From an uncultured Gemmatimonadales bacterium (GTDB lineage: Bacteria; Gemmatimonadota; Gemmatimonadetes; Longimicrobiales; RSA9), in the NCBI GenBank assembly GCA_963783305.1, contig CAWAMW010000015.1, positions 1 to 64,000 of the forward strand: 64,000 nt of DNA, in the 5' to 3' direction. The notes below the pieces were generated by a model, which worked only from the letters and a program-made list of their open reading frames with translations, was not told the origin of the DNA and ran no database searches. A program made the position numbers and the translations under genes. Shown piece after piece: positions 20,139 through 29,927 of this stretch. Position 1 is the stretch's first letter. Each line of letters starts with the position of its first letter.

Positions 20139-20822
20139 TCAGACCGAGCCCGTAACCGGAATCGAGACCGTTGCCCCGGTGCCGCCGTCCGCCAGCGGCG
20201 CCAGCGCGAGCGAGCCGCCGGCGCGCTTGAGCAGGCGGCGGGACACGGCAAGACCCAGACCCGGTCGGACACCCGGAGGGTCGCCGGTGGCGTCCGCGCC
20301 CCAGGAGACGCCGGGGCCGCCATCCGTCACGGTGATGGTGGCGCTGGCGTCGTTCCCCTTGCGGATGGCCGTGGTGATGCGACCGCCCTCTGGGGTGGCA
20401 TCAATGGCGTTGTCGACGAGGTTCACGAGGACCTGGGCGAGGGCGCCGGGTGCCATGGCGACGATCGCGGAGCCCGCCTGGTGCTCGTACTCCAGCTTCC
20501 GGATGCGGGCGCGGGCCTGGAAGACGGGGAAGAGGGCTTCGAACACCTGCTGTACCGTGGCGGTGTAGGTGTCGGGCCACGGCCGCACGAGCTTCAGGAG
20601 CGAGTCGACGAGCGCGTGCACGCGGTGGAGCTCGGACTCGACGACCTGTGCGCGCTCGATGAGCGGACCGGGTTCGGCGTCGCCGGCCCTGCGCTTGACC
20701 AGCTCGAGGTTGATGACCATGGCGTGGAGCGGGTTCTTGATCTCGTGCGCCAGGTCATCGGCCCAGCGGGACACGAGGTCGAGCCGGTTGGCCTGCTCCT
20801 CGAGCTCGTCTCGTTCAGCCAC
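20139..20822 (-). CDS. Histidine kinase, HisKA + HATPase only
   Basis: LAHEIKNPL, NLVDNA, DGGPG and GLGL motifs; likely GTG start at 20822 after GAGGA. Confidence 0.85.
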   Translation of the reverse strand: MAERDELEEQANRLDLVSRWADDLAHEIKNPLHAMVINLELVKRRAGDAEPGPLIERAQVVESELHRVHALVDSLLKLVRPWPDTYTATVQQVFEALFPVFQARARIRKLEYEHQAGSAIVAMAPGALAQVLVNLVDNAIDATPEGGRITTAIRKGNDASATITVTDGGPGVSWGADATGDPPGVRPGLGLAVSRRLLKRAGGSLALAPLADGGTGATVSIPVTGSV

Positions 20823-21687
20823 GTTGTTCCTCACTCGCATGGTGCCAGAAGAGGGGCGTCAGCGCATCCGACGCGACCCGGGGCTCGGGAAGCGTCCGAC
20901 CGTCCAGCTCGAGCACGGGGACGATCCCGAGGGAAGTCATGGTGCCGAAAATCTCATCGGCGTCCTCGAGCTCGCCGCGGCCCCACACGCCGGTCTCCAG
21001 GATGTAGCCCGCCTCCTTCACCCGGCCCATTACGAGGGAGCGGGTGACCCCCGCCAGGATCCCGGTGGAGTCGGCGGGCGTCCGGATGATATCACCGTGG
21101 CGCCAGAAGACGTTCCACGTCGCGCCCTCGGTGATGTGGCCGTCGAGGGATAGGAGGAGGGCCTGGTCGCAGCCCGCCCTCTCCGCCTCGCGACTGGCGA
21201 GGAGGGAGAACACCCTGCCCTGCCCCTTGAGCTGGGGCGGCATCACGGCGGCGGGCGGGTGGCGGACGGTGGCGGTGATGCAGTGCCAGCCCCGGCGGGC
21301 GCGCTCGCGCCAGTCGGCGGCGAGGGGCTGGAGCGACATCACCAGGCGCGCGCCCTCCCCTGAGCCGGCCGTGCGTGCTGGGGCGCTGCCGCGGGTGAGG
21401 GTCATACGCAGCACGGCGTGGTCGAGCTCCGGAGCCGCCGATCCGCCGCGGTTCCGTTCGAGGAGCTCATCCGCCAGGGCGCGCAGGGCGTCCAGCGGTG
21501 GCGCCTGAAGGTCGAGGATCCCGGCGCTGGTGTGGAGCCGGCGCGCGTGGTCGTCGAAGTGGAGCCAGCGTCCCTCGTAGAGTCGGCAGGTGTCGAAGAC
21601 GCCGTCGCCATAGAGGAAGCCCCGATCGTCGATGGGGATGCGGGCCTCGTCGCCCTCCAGCCATTCGCCGTCCACATGCGCGATCAA
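20815..21687 (-). CDS. PLP-dependent class IV aminotransferase (PabC/IlvE-like)
   Basis: DRGFLYGDGVF, EGATWNVF and ILAGVTR motifs. Confidence 0.9.
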   Translation of the reverse strand: MIAHVDGEWLEGDEARIPIDDRGFLYGDGVFDTCRLYEGRWLHFDDHARRLHTSAGILDLQAPPLDALRALADELLERNRGGSAAPELDHAVLRMTLTRGSAPARTAGSGEGARLVMSLQPLAADWRERARRGWHCITATVRHPPAAVMPPQLKGQGRVFSLLASREAERAGCDQALLLSLDGHITEGATWNVFWRHGDIIRTPADSTGILAGVTRSLVMGRVKEAGYILETGVWGRGELEDADEIFGTMTSLGIVPVLELDGRTLPEPRVASDALTPLFWHHASEEQRG

Positions 21688-21690
21688 GGC

Positions 21691-23094
21691 TCAGCCCACC
21701 ACCCAGCGGGGATCGGGCTCGGGCAGGTCGGCGGCCTCCACACCGGGTCTCCCCATGAGGCCGTAAGTGAGCCGCTTGCCGAGCTCCACGCCGGGCTGGT
21801 CGAGGGGGTTCACGTCGTAGAGCGCGCCGGCGTAGACGGTGGCGATCTCCAGAAGCATGAGGAGCTGCCCGAGGGCGTACTCATCGAGGCGCGGGAGGGT
21901 GAGGGTCATGTTCATGCGACCCCGTTCGGCGAGGGCCGCGGCGGTGGCCCGGCGTTCGGCGTCCAGCAGGCTCCCCAGCGTCTGTCCGCCCAGGTACCCC
22001 AGCGCCTCGATCTCGCCGTAGGCGGGGGGGATGGTCAGGTCGCGATCGCGCTCGGCCACGGCCAGGAAGGTGATGGTCTTGTCGAACGGGCCCTCCATGT
22101 AGAGCTGGACCTGCGAGTGCTGGTCGGTGGCGCCCAGGGCCTTCACGGGCGTCGGTCCCACGAACACCTCCTCCCCCGACCGGCTCACGCGCTTGCCCAG
22201 GCTCTCGGCCCAGAGCTGCCGGAACCAGTCGGCCATGGAGTAGAGCCGGTCGCTGTAGGGCATCATGACGTGGATGGGCGCGCCGGCCTCGGAATCGGCC
22301 AGCCACTGGAGCGCCGCGTAGAGCCCCGCCGGGTTGTCGCTGAGATCACCCGTCTCACAGCGGTCCCTCATGGCGCGGGCGCCGGCCAGGAGCCGTTCGA
22401 TTTCGATACCCACCATGGCGGCCGGGAGCAGCCCGACGGCGGAGAGCACGCTGAAGCGGCCGCCCACGTTCCGCGGGATGGGGAGCGTGACGACCCCCTC
22501 GTCGTCGGCAATCTTCCGGAGCACACCGGACTCGGGGTCGGTGGTGAAGAGCAGGTGCCGATGGATGGCGCTCTCGTCCTCCAGCGCCGCGCGAAGGCGG
22601 TCCCGCACCACCAGGAACTGGGACATGGTCTCGGCGGTCGTGCCGGACTTGCTGATGACGTTGAAGAGGGTGCGTCGCACATCGATGCGGTCGAGCAGCG
22701 ACTTGACGGTGTCCGGGTCGACGTTGTCGAGGACGAACAGGCGCGGGAAGTGGTCGCGCGCCTCGTCGCTGCGTTCGTTCCAGTCGGCGCCGCGGAGCGC
22801 GTGGAGGAGCGAGGTGGCGCCGAGGGCGGAGCCGCCGATGCCCAGGACGACGACGTTCTCGAAGGCCTGGCCGGGCCCATCGGCGAAGGCCTCGATCTCG
22901 CCCGTGAGCTCCGCCGGCTCCAGGAGCTCGAAGAAGCCCAGCTCGCCGGCCTCGCGGCGGGCGCGGACGTTGTCGTGGATGGCGGGGAACCGGTCGGCGA
23001 GGGCGCTGAGCGCGTCGGGGTCGAGTCCGCGCCCGCCGAGGCGCGGCGCCATCATGTTCCCGTAGTCGAGTCGGATCGGTCGGTTGTCGGTCAT
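21691..23094 (-). CDS. pgi: Glucose-6-phosphate isomerase
   Basis: GIGGSALG, SKSGTTAET, VGGRFSV, QLWAESLGK and DQPGVELGK motifs. Confidence 0.97.
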   Translation of the reverse strand: MTDNRPIRLDYGNMMAPRLGGRGLDPDALSALADRFPAIHDNVRARREAGELGFFELLEPAELTGEIEAFADGPGQAFENVVVLGIGGSALGATSLLHALRGADWNERSDEARDHFPRLFVLDNVDPDTVKSLLDRIDVRRTLFNVISKSGTTAETMSQFLVVRDRLRAALEDESAIHRHLLFTTDPESGVLRKIADDEGVVTLPIPRNVGGRFSVLSAVGLLPAAMVGIEIERLLAGARAMRDRCETGDLSDNPAGLYAALQWLADSEAGAPIHVMMPYSDRLYSMADWFRQLWAESLGKRVSRSGEEVFVGPTPVKALGATDQHSQVQLYMEGPFDKTITFLAVAERDRDLTIPPAYGEIEALGYLGGQTLGSLLDAERRATAAALAERGRMNMTLTLPRLDEYALGQLLMLLEIATVYAGALYDVNPLDQPGVELGKRLTYGLMGRPGVEAADLPEPDPRWVVG

Positions 23095-23145
23095 GGTGCG
23101 AAGTCTAGGGTGCGTGCGTGCGCTTTTCCAGCGGTGTGGAGCGGA

Positions 23146-24417
23146 TCACAGCCCCGCCCTCAGCCGGGTGAACCAGCGGAGGTACTGCCCGAGGAGCCGG
23201 GTGAAGAGGAACCGCTCGGTCACGGTCTCGCGGCCGCGGCGGCCGAACCGGGCCCGGGTGGCGGGGTCATCGAGCAGCTCCAGGACGCGCCCGGTGGCCT
23301 GGTCGACGGAGTCCACCAGGTAGCCGTTCCAGGCGTCGCGGATCTGGCGCGGGATGCCACCCACCCGTCCACCGACCACGGCCTTCTCCTTCCACAGCGC
23401 CTCGGTCACCACGAGGCCGAAGCCCTCCCGGAGCGACTTCTGGAGCACGACCTCCGCGCCGCGCTGCATGGCGTTCACCTCGAGGGCGTTCCGGTTGATC
23501 TCGGACTGCGGAACCTCCAGGGCCAGCAGGTGGACATCGGGGTCGGGACCGGCGGCGGCCCGCGTCTCCTCGTAGAGCGCCCGCCCCTCCGGGTCGTCAT
23601 CGGCCATCGCGGCCATGTACACGAGCTGCATCTGCGGCCGCTCCTCGCGCACCTGCCGGTACACCTCCAGCACGCCGAGCGGGTCCTTCCACGGATCGAA
23701 GCGGGAGACCTGGAGGAGGTAGGGGCGGTCGGGGTCGATGCCGTAGCGCTCCAGCACCTGGTCGCACTCCCACGGCCGGACAGGCCGGTTCTTGGCGCGG
23801 AAGGGGTCGATGCACGGGAGCGCGATGTCGACGTCATCGGCCACCAGCCCGTCGGGCACGTACTCGTCGCTGGAGAACACCAGCAGGTCGTACTGCGCCA
23901 GGTGGGGCGAGAGGACGTCCCACGTGTCGCGGGACGGGCTCGTGAGGTCGATGTGGCAGCGCCAGACGAACTTCGTGCCATCGCGGCGCTTGAGGAGGGA
24001 GCCGAGGACGAGGGGCTGCGGGTCGTGGACGACGACGAAGTCGTACGCCTCGAACTCGCGCTCGAGGATCCGGGCGTTCCGCTCCACGGCTCTCCAGTAC
24101 AGGTCGAAGTCCTGGCTGGACCACTCGCCGGGCTGCCCCTGGAGTGCGTTGTGGTAGCCTTTCGTGACCTCGAAGAAGCGGTCGTCGGCGTCGAGCACGT
24201 ACCACTCGGCGTCGAGCCCCACGTCGCCCATCAGGGGGACCAGGCTGAGCAGCATCTCGGCCACGCCGCCGCCCACGGCGGTGGCGTTGACGTGCAGGAC
24301 GCGGGCGCCGCGTAGCGGCTCGGCCAGGGAGCGCAGCTCGTCGAGGGTCGGCTCGCCCACGAAGGGAGCGTAGTCGGCGAGCGAGGCGCGGGAATAGGGT
24401 GCGTCGGTAACGAGCAT
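23146..24417 (-). CDS. GT4 glycosyltransferase, trehalose synthase TreT-like
   Basis: HVNATAVGGGVAEML, VHDPQP, WRCHID, SRFDPWKDP and EGFGLVVTEALWK motifs. Confidence 0.88.
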   Translation of the reverse strand: MLVTDAPYSRASLADYAPFVGEPTLDELRSLAEPLRGARVLHVNATAVGGGVAEMLLSLVPLMGDVGLDAEWYVLDADDRFFEVTKGYHNALQGQPGEWSSQDFDLYWRAVERNARILEREFEAYDFVVVHDPQPLVLGSLLKRRDGTKFVWRCHIDLTSPSRDTWDVLSPHLAQYDLLVFSSDEYVPDGLVADDVDIALPCIDPFRAKNRPVRPWECDQVLERYGIDPDRPYLLQVSRFDPWKDPLGVLEVYRQVREERPQMQLVYMAAMADDDPEGRALYEETRAAAGPDPDVHLLALEVPQSEINRNALEVNAMQRGAEVVLQKSLREGFGLVVTEALWKEKAVVGGRVGGIPRQIRDAWNGYLVDSVDQATGRVLELLDDPATRARFGRRGRETVTERFLFTRLLGQYLRWFTRLRAGL

Positions 24418-24637
24418 CCGGCTCCTGGGCAGTGGTTCCGAGTCCGGTCCCCGACCGCTGCAAGGGAGCGGCCAGTGAGCATCGAACATCGTGCACGAGG
24501 GTGAGGACGACCTCACCAGTCAGCTCACTGGCGACGCCGGCAGCCGGCTGGCGTGCGGCGTGATCGAGATGGGCGGGGGGATGGACGGCGGCCGGATGCG
24601 AGAGCCGTCCGTCCCGGCCCCCTCGAACTGCACGAAT

Positions 24638-24706
24638 CGAAGGAACGAAGGAACGAAGGAACGGAGAAGCGAAGGAGCGAAGCCGTACTTTCCGGCTTCG
24701 CTCCTT
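24638..24706. repeat. Degenerate octamer array (cgaaggaa x3 plus variants) ending in a 14-bp perfect hairpin
   Basis: cgaaggaa at 24638, 24646 and 24654; stem aaggagcgaagccg (24672-24685) pairs with cggcttcgctcctt (24693-24706). Confidence 0.85.
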
Positions 24707-24712
24707 TCGTCG

Positions 24713-25138
24713 CTACTCGTCCTCCTCCCCCGCCAGCACCGCCAGCAGCTCCGCCGGGGTGACGGCCGGAATCGTGACCGCCTTGAAGTCGGTCGGATTC
24801 CGGGTGACGATGTAGTCGGCGCCGGCCGCCACCGCGCACACGGCCTGGACGGCATCCTCGAAATCGGGCCACCCGAGCGACAGCGCCTCGAGCAGTCGCT
24901 CGTGGTCCACGCTCACCGCCCGGACGACCTCGAGCAGGTCGACGAGCACGGCGGACGCACGCGCGGCGGAGAGGTGCCGCTTGAGAAGGTACTCCAGCGT
25001 GGTCACCGTGTGGGCGGCGACCCGCCCCTCGGCCTCCCCTGCCTCCACCAGGCCGAGCACCGCCGCCGACTCTTCCAGCCATTCCTGCCGAGCCGCCAGC
25101 ACATCGAGCACCACGTTCGTGTCCAGCAGAAGCCTCAC
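24713..25138 (-). CDS. PIN-domain toxin (VapC-like)
   Basis: LLDTNVVLD, DFEDAVQ and IVTRNPTDF motifs. Confidence 0.92.
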   Translation of the reverse strand: MRLLLDTNVVLDVLAARQEWLEESAAVLGLVEAGEAEGRVAAHTVTTLEYLLKRHLSAARASAVLVDLLEVVRAVSVDHERLLEALSLGWPDFEDAVQAVCAVAAGADYIVTRNPTDFKAVTIPAVTPAELLAVLAGEEDE

Positions 25139-25368
25139 GACGCGTGCTTCTCCTCCAGATGACGGCGGTACTCCGAAGGATCGACGTCGCCTGGAAGGAC
25201 GCCGATCAGCCGGCGCACCGTCGGCGGCAACGCCGCGTCCTCCTCGGGAAGGCTCGCGAGGAACCGACTGACGAGTCTCGAGATGCTCGTGTTGTGGCGA
25301 CGCGTGTAGCGCCTCGCCCGCTCCACGGCGGCCTCATCGACGCTAAGCGTCAGCTTTTGGGTGGCCAT
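25135..25368 (-). CDS. RHH-type antitoxin (DUF6364-like)
   Basis: MATQKLTLSVD...SISRLV...YRRHLEEKH; GGAGG RBS; ATGA overlap with the toxin. Confidence 0.88.
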   Translation of the reverse strand: MATQKLTLSVDEAAVERARRYTRRHNTSISRLVSRFLASLPEEDAALPPTVRRLIGVLPGDVDPSEYRRHLEEKHAS

Positions 25369-25424
25369 GCTCCCTCCACGTATCAGTTGCCGAAATATGC
25401 ACGTACGCGAGAGGCGAGGCAACG

Positions 25425-26310
25425 TTACCGGCCCCCGCCCCCCAGCGCCACCCCCACCGCCAGGCCCCACCCCGACCGGTCGACGTCGCGGGGCGCATAC
25501 GGCACCCGAATGTCCTCGGCCGGGGTGGCGGTGCCGTAGCGGGCGTGGAGCCAGGCGCCGGCGCGGGGGGAGGGGTCCCAGCGGAGGGTGAGGGCGGCGG
25601 CGGTGGCGGCGGCGTCGGCGGCTCGGAAGCCGACTTCGGGGGCGACGTAGGCGCGGTAGGCGTCGCCGAGGCTCTCGGGATCGATGACGGCGCCGGCGCC
25701 GCGGTGTGTGGCGGCGGCGAGGGCGGCGGCAGCGGTGAGGCCGGCGCCGAGGGGGCGGGCGACCTCGAGTGCGGCGCCGGTCGTCCAGCTCCGGACCTCG
25801 GAGGCGCCGCCCACGGTGGAGTCCACGACCGCGCGGGCGTCGTAGGCGCCGGTGAGGCGGGCGCCGAAGCGCCAGCGGGCGAGGTCGAGGCGTGCGTCGA
25901 GGGCGAGGTCCCAGGCGTCCTCGTCGGCGGTGAGGACGACGTCGTCGTCGAGCTCGTGGAGGGTGGTCTGCCCGGAGAGCCCCGTGCGGACCACGGAACC
26001 GATCAGGCGGAGCCGGTCGTCGAGGAAGGCGCGTCGGCGGCGGCGCCCCACCGGAACTGGTCGGCGTTCCAGGTGTCGACGGGCGGATCGTTGACGTCAG
26101 AGCTGGTCTGCTCCTCCTTCGCCTCGCCCAGGTCGCCGAAGAGGAGGAGGCGGGTGTCGAGCAGCTCGAGAGCGACGCCGGTGCCCACCTCCCGGCCAGT
26201 GCGCTCGATGTCGCGGTTGTAGAAGGTGGCGACGACGTCGATGGGCGACGGCTCGCCGTAGCCGGCCAACTGGAAGACGCGGGTTGGCGCGGCGAGGGAG
26301 TAGAGACGAC
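25425..26310 (-). pseudogene. 5'-truncated, frameshifted fragment of an outer-membrane beta-barrel gene
   Basis: Amphipathic beta-strand-like sequence split between ORFs 26003..26269 and 25425..26051 (shift ~26035); no signal peptide or proper start. Confidence 0.55.
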
Positions 26311-26324
26311 CTCACCCGCCCCGG

Positions 26325-27098
26325 TCAGACGTCTACGGTCAGCCCGTCGTAGGCGGGGCGGACCTCGGGGGGCAGGAGCCGCTCGAGGTCGGCGTGGCGG
26401 ACGCGGTGGGTGATGTGGGTGATCCAGGTCCGCTCGGCGCCGAGCTCACGCGCGAGCTCGACGGCCTCCTCCATATTGAGGTGGGTGGGGTGCGGGTTCC
26501 CGAACCAGAGCGCATTCAGCACGAGCGAACGCACGCCCTCCAGGGCTTTCCGGGTCCCGGGCCCGAGGGTCTTGGCGTCGGTGATGTAGCCGAGACTCCC
26601 CACGCGGAACCCGAAGACGGTCATGGGCCCGTGCTGCACGGGCAGGGCGTGGAAGGTGAACGGCCCGACGGGCACACGCTCGAGGGCGTCATAGGTGAGG
26701 AGCCGGAGCTCGGGCTTGGACGTACCGGCCGGCGGCCGGAATTCGCTGAAGATGTAGCCGAATCGGTGTCGGAGGGCACGCTCCGTCGCGACGCTGGCGT
26801 ACACGTCGAGATGCCGCTTGCGGTGTGCGGAAATGGCGCGGAGATCATCTATGCCGTGGATGTGGTCGGCGTGCTCATGGGTGATCCAGACCGCGTCGAG
26901 CTCTCCGACGCCGGCACCGGTCAGCTGGAGCCGGAGCTCCGGCGGTGTATCGACGAGCACACGACCGCGCTCGTCCTCGATGAGCACCGCGTGGCGGGTG
27001 CGGCGGTCGCGAGGATCGTCGGACGTGCAGGCGGCGCAGTCGCAGCCGATGACGGGCACGCCGAAGGAGGTTCCAGTCCCGAGAAAGGTAAGCTTCAC
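26325..27098 (-). CDS. MBL-fold metallo-hydrolase (PhnP-like)
   Basis: FLGTGTSFGVPVIGCDC, THEHADHIHGIDDLR and HPTH motifs. Confidence 0.93.
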   Translation of the reverse strand: MKLTFLGTGTSFGVPVIGCDCAACTSDDPRDRRTRHAVLIEDERGRVLVDTPPELRLQLTGAGVGELDAVWITHEHADHIHGIDDLRAISAHRKRHLDVYASVATERALRHRFGYIFSEFRPPAGTSKPELRLLTYDALERVPVGPFTFHALPVQHGPMTVFGFRVGSLGYITDAKTLGPGTRKALEGVRSLVLNALWFGNPHPTHLNMEEAVELARELGAERTWITHITHRVRHADLERLLPPEVRPAYDGLTVDV

Positions 27099-28546
27099 AG
27101 CACCTCGACGCGGAGCATGTTGGTGGTGCCGGCCACGTTGAAGAACGGGACACCGGCGGTGACGGCCACGCGGTGGCCGGCCTCGGCCAGGCCGTGCTCC
27201 AGGAGATACCGGCGGGCGCAGCCGAGGATCGACTCGTAGCTGGGGTCCCCTTCGCCGCGGCAGAGGACGGGGATGACGCCCCAGACCAGGGCGAGCTGTC
27301 GGTACACACGCGGATCGCGACAGACCCCCAGAATGGGCACGGGTGGGCGGTAGCTGGACACGAGGCGGGACGTGAACCCGCTCCGGGTCAGCGTGATGAT
27401 GGCGGGAGCTCCCAGCAGTCGCACGGCTTCCACCGTGGCCGCGGCGATGGAGTGCTCCGTGGCCGTGGCGCCGGCACGGAGTCGATTCTCGAGCGGAATG
27501 TCGTACTTGGGACCCTCCGCGAACGACGACGTCTGCTCGATCTCGCGGCCCACGGAGGTCATGGCGCGGACCGCCTCGACGGGGTACTGGCCGATGGCGG
27601 TCTCGCCCGAGAGCATGACGGCGTCGGTGCCGTCGAAGATGGCGTTGGCGACGTCGCTCACCTCCGCACGCGTGGGCCGGGGGCTGGAGACCATGGACTC
27701 GAGCATCTGCGTGGCCGTGATCACGGGGCGGCCGAACTGGTTGGCGTGCTGGATGATCCGCTTCTGCGCCACGGGCACCTGCTCGAAGGGCAGCTCCACG
27801 CCCAGGTCGCCGCGGGCCACCATGACGGCGTCGGTCCGATCGAGGATCTCCTGGAGCCGGTCGAGGGCGACGTCCTTCTCGATCTTCGCGACGATCAGCA
27901 CGCCGTCCGGGAGCAGCGCGCGGAGCATGTCGATGTCATCGGGGCTCTGCACGAAGGAGAGCCCCACGTAGTCGACGTCCAGCTCGGCGGCGAGCTCGAG
28001 GTCGTGGCGGTCCTTGTCGGTGAGGGCGGGAGCGCTCACGTGCACGCCCGGCAGGTTGAGCCCCTTGTTGGCCCGGAGCAGGCCGCCGCGTACCACCTCG
28101 GCCTGCACGCGGGAGCCGGTGGTTCCGGTGACGCGCAGCTCCAGGTTGCCATCATCGAGCAGAAGGCGAGCTCCCCGAGTGACGTCGCCGGCGAGCTCCG
28201 GATACGTGGAGGGGAGGGCGTCGTCCCCGGGGGTCAGCTCGTCCTCCGGCGCGAGCACCACCCGCTGCCCCTCGACCAGCTCTATGGGCTCCGGCAGTTG
28301 GCCGATTCGGATCTTTGGCCCCGCCAGGTCGGCCAGAATGGCCACGGGGACCGAGAGATCCTCGGCTGTCTCGCGAACGTGTCGGACCACGGCACGGTGT
28401 TCGTCCTCCGCGCCGTGGGCGAAATTGACCCGGATGACGTTCGCGCCCGCCCGGATGAGCGCCTCGATGCGCTCACGGGAGGACGTGGCCGGCCCCACCG
28501 TGGCCACGATCTTGGTCCGCAATGCTCCGTTCAAACGCTCCACCAC
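27095..28546 (-). CDS. pyk: Pyruvate kinase
   Basis: TKIVATVGPA, AKIE, MVARGDLGVE, TATQMLESM and DAVMLSGETA motifs. Confidence 0.98.
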   Translation of the reverse strand: MVERLNGALRTKIVATVGPATSSRERIEALIRAGANVIRVNFAHGAEDEHRAVVRHVRETAEDLSVPVAILADLAGPKIRIGQLPEPIELVEGQRVVLAPEDELTPGDDALPSTYPELAGDVTRGARLLLDDGNLELRVTGTTGSRVQAEVVRGGLLRANKGLNLPGVHVSAPALTDKDRHDLELAAELDVDYVGLSFVQSPDDIDMLRALLPDGVLIVAKIEKDVALDRLQEILDRTDAVMVARGDLGVELPFEQVPVAQKRIIQHANQFGRPVITATQMLESMVSSPRPTRAEVSDVANAIFDGTDAVMLSGETAIGQYPVEAVRAMTSVGREIEQTSSFAEGPKYDIPLENRLRAGATATEHSIAAATVEAVRLLGAPAIITLTRSGFTSRLVSSYRPPVPILGVCRDPRVYRQLALVWGVIPVLCRGEGDPSYESILGCARRYLLEHGLAEAGHRVAVTAGVPFFNVAGTTNMLRVEVL

Positions 28547-28775
28547 ACTCTCTCGCCCGTCTGATCCGTTCCCGTCACCCGCCTCCCGGCGCGCGCCTCA
28601 TCGCCGTCCCGGGGACCCCCATCCGGATGCGCCCGGACGCCTGCGGTTGGAAAAAGACGGCAAAAGCCATACTTTGTGGGCGCCCTGATGGCCGGCCGCG
28701 GGCATGCGAGATCGTACGCAGCGGCCCCGCAGGGCGCAAACCCCGGCAGACTCCTTGCACGCCGCTGGAAACCGG

Positions 28776-29897
28776 ATGCGGCTCATCACAGCCATACCAG
28801 AACTGGAACAGCTCGCGGATCAGCTGGCAGGAGAGCCACTGATCGCGGCGGACACCGAGGCGGCCGGCTATCACCGGTACGACGACTCGCTGTGTCTCGT
28901 GCAGCTGTCTACACGGAACGACACGTGGCTCCTGGACACGCTGGCGCTCGGGTCGCTGAACCCGATCGCCGAGCTGTTCGCGGACCCCGGGATCGAGATC
29001 CTCTTCCACGACGCCGATTTCGACCTGCGCCTGCTGGACCGCGACTTCGGGATCTACGTGCGCGGCCTGTTCGACACCAAGATCGCCGCTCGCTTCACGG
29101 GCGCGAGGGCGTTCGGGCTGGCGAGCTTGCTCGAGGAAGAGCTCGGCCTCAAGCTGGCGAAGAAATACCAGCGAGCCGACTGGGCGAAGCGGCCACTCCC
29201 GGACGAGATGCTGGAGTACGCGGCCATGGACACGCGCTACCTCCCGGAGCTGCGCGACATCCTGAAGACACGGCTGGAGGAGCAGGGTCGGCTGGCGTGG
29301 GCGGAGGAGGAGTTCCTGGTCACCGAGCAGACCGGATGGGAGCCGCCGGCCAACGAGGACGAGGCCTACCTGCGTCTGAAGAATACGCGCGACCTGGACC
29401 CCCGCAGCCGAGCGGCGCTGCGGGAGATCTACCAGTGGCGGGAGGACGTGGCGCGGGAGCGGGATGTGGCCTCGTTCCGGGTGCTGAACAACGACACGCT
29501 GGTGGCGGTGGCGCGAGAGATGCCTCGTCAGGTCGGCGAGCTGGAGCAGGTGGACCGCCTGTCGAAGGGAAACGCGAAGCAATGGGGCGAAGCGCTGCTG
29601 GCGGGAGTGGACCGGGCCCGGGCGTTGCCCGAGTCCGAGCTCCCGGAGCGACCGAAGGCGCCGCCGCGGCAGCCGCGCGACCCGGAGTTCGAGAAGCGGG
29701 TGGACCGGCTGAAGTCGGTGCGCGACGCGGCCTCGGAGCGGTTGAAGCTGGAGCGGGGCTTCCTCATGGCGCGGTGGCAGCTGGAGGAGATCGCACGGAC
29801 GCGGCCGCGGTCCGCGGAGGAGCTGGCCGCCATCGCGAGCGTACGGACATGGCAGATCGAAGCGTTGGGCAGCGGACTGCTCGACGCGTTGAATTGA
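28776..29897 (+). CDS. rnd: Ribonuclease D (DEDDy exonuclease + HRDC)
   Basis: AADTE, LCLVQL, FDTKIAA, DWAKRPL and YAAMD motifs; WREDVARERD HRDC. Confidence 0.93.
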   Translation: MRLITAIPELEQLADQLAGEPLIAADTEAAGYHRYDDSLCLVQLSTRNDTWLLDTLALGSLNPIAELFADPGIEILFHDADFDLRLLDRDFGIYVRGLFDTKIAARFTGARAFGLASLLEEELGLKLAKKYQRADWAKRPLPDEMLEYAAMDTRYLPELRDILKTRLEEQGRLAWAEEEFLVTEQTGWEPPANEDEAYLRLKNTRDLDPRSRAALREIYQWREDVARERDVASFRVLNNDTLVAVAREMPRQVGELEQVDRLSKGNAKQWGEALLAGVDRARALPESELPERPKAPPRQPRDPEFEKRVDRLKSVRDAASERLKLERGFLMARWQLEEIARTRPRSAEELAAIASVRTWQIEALGSGLLDALN

Positions 29898-29927
29898 ATC
29901 GAATCACGACAAGGACCCGGAGGTCAC

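Noticed and set aside
17266..24315. Long plus-strand ORFs (829 aa and 965 aa)
   Set aside because: Antisense to well-supported minus-strand genes.
28650..28760. Possible c-di-GMP riboswitch (GGCAAAAGCC and GCGCAAACC words) upstream of rnd
   Set aside because: I could not build the required two-stem structure; more likely a divergent promoter region.
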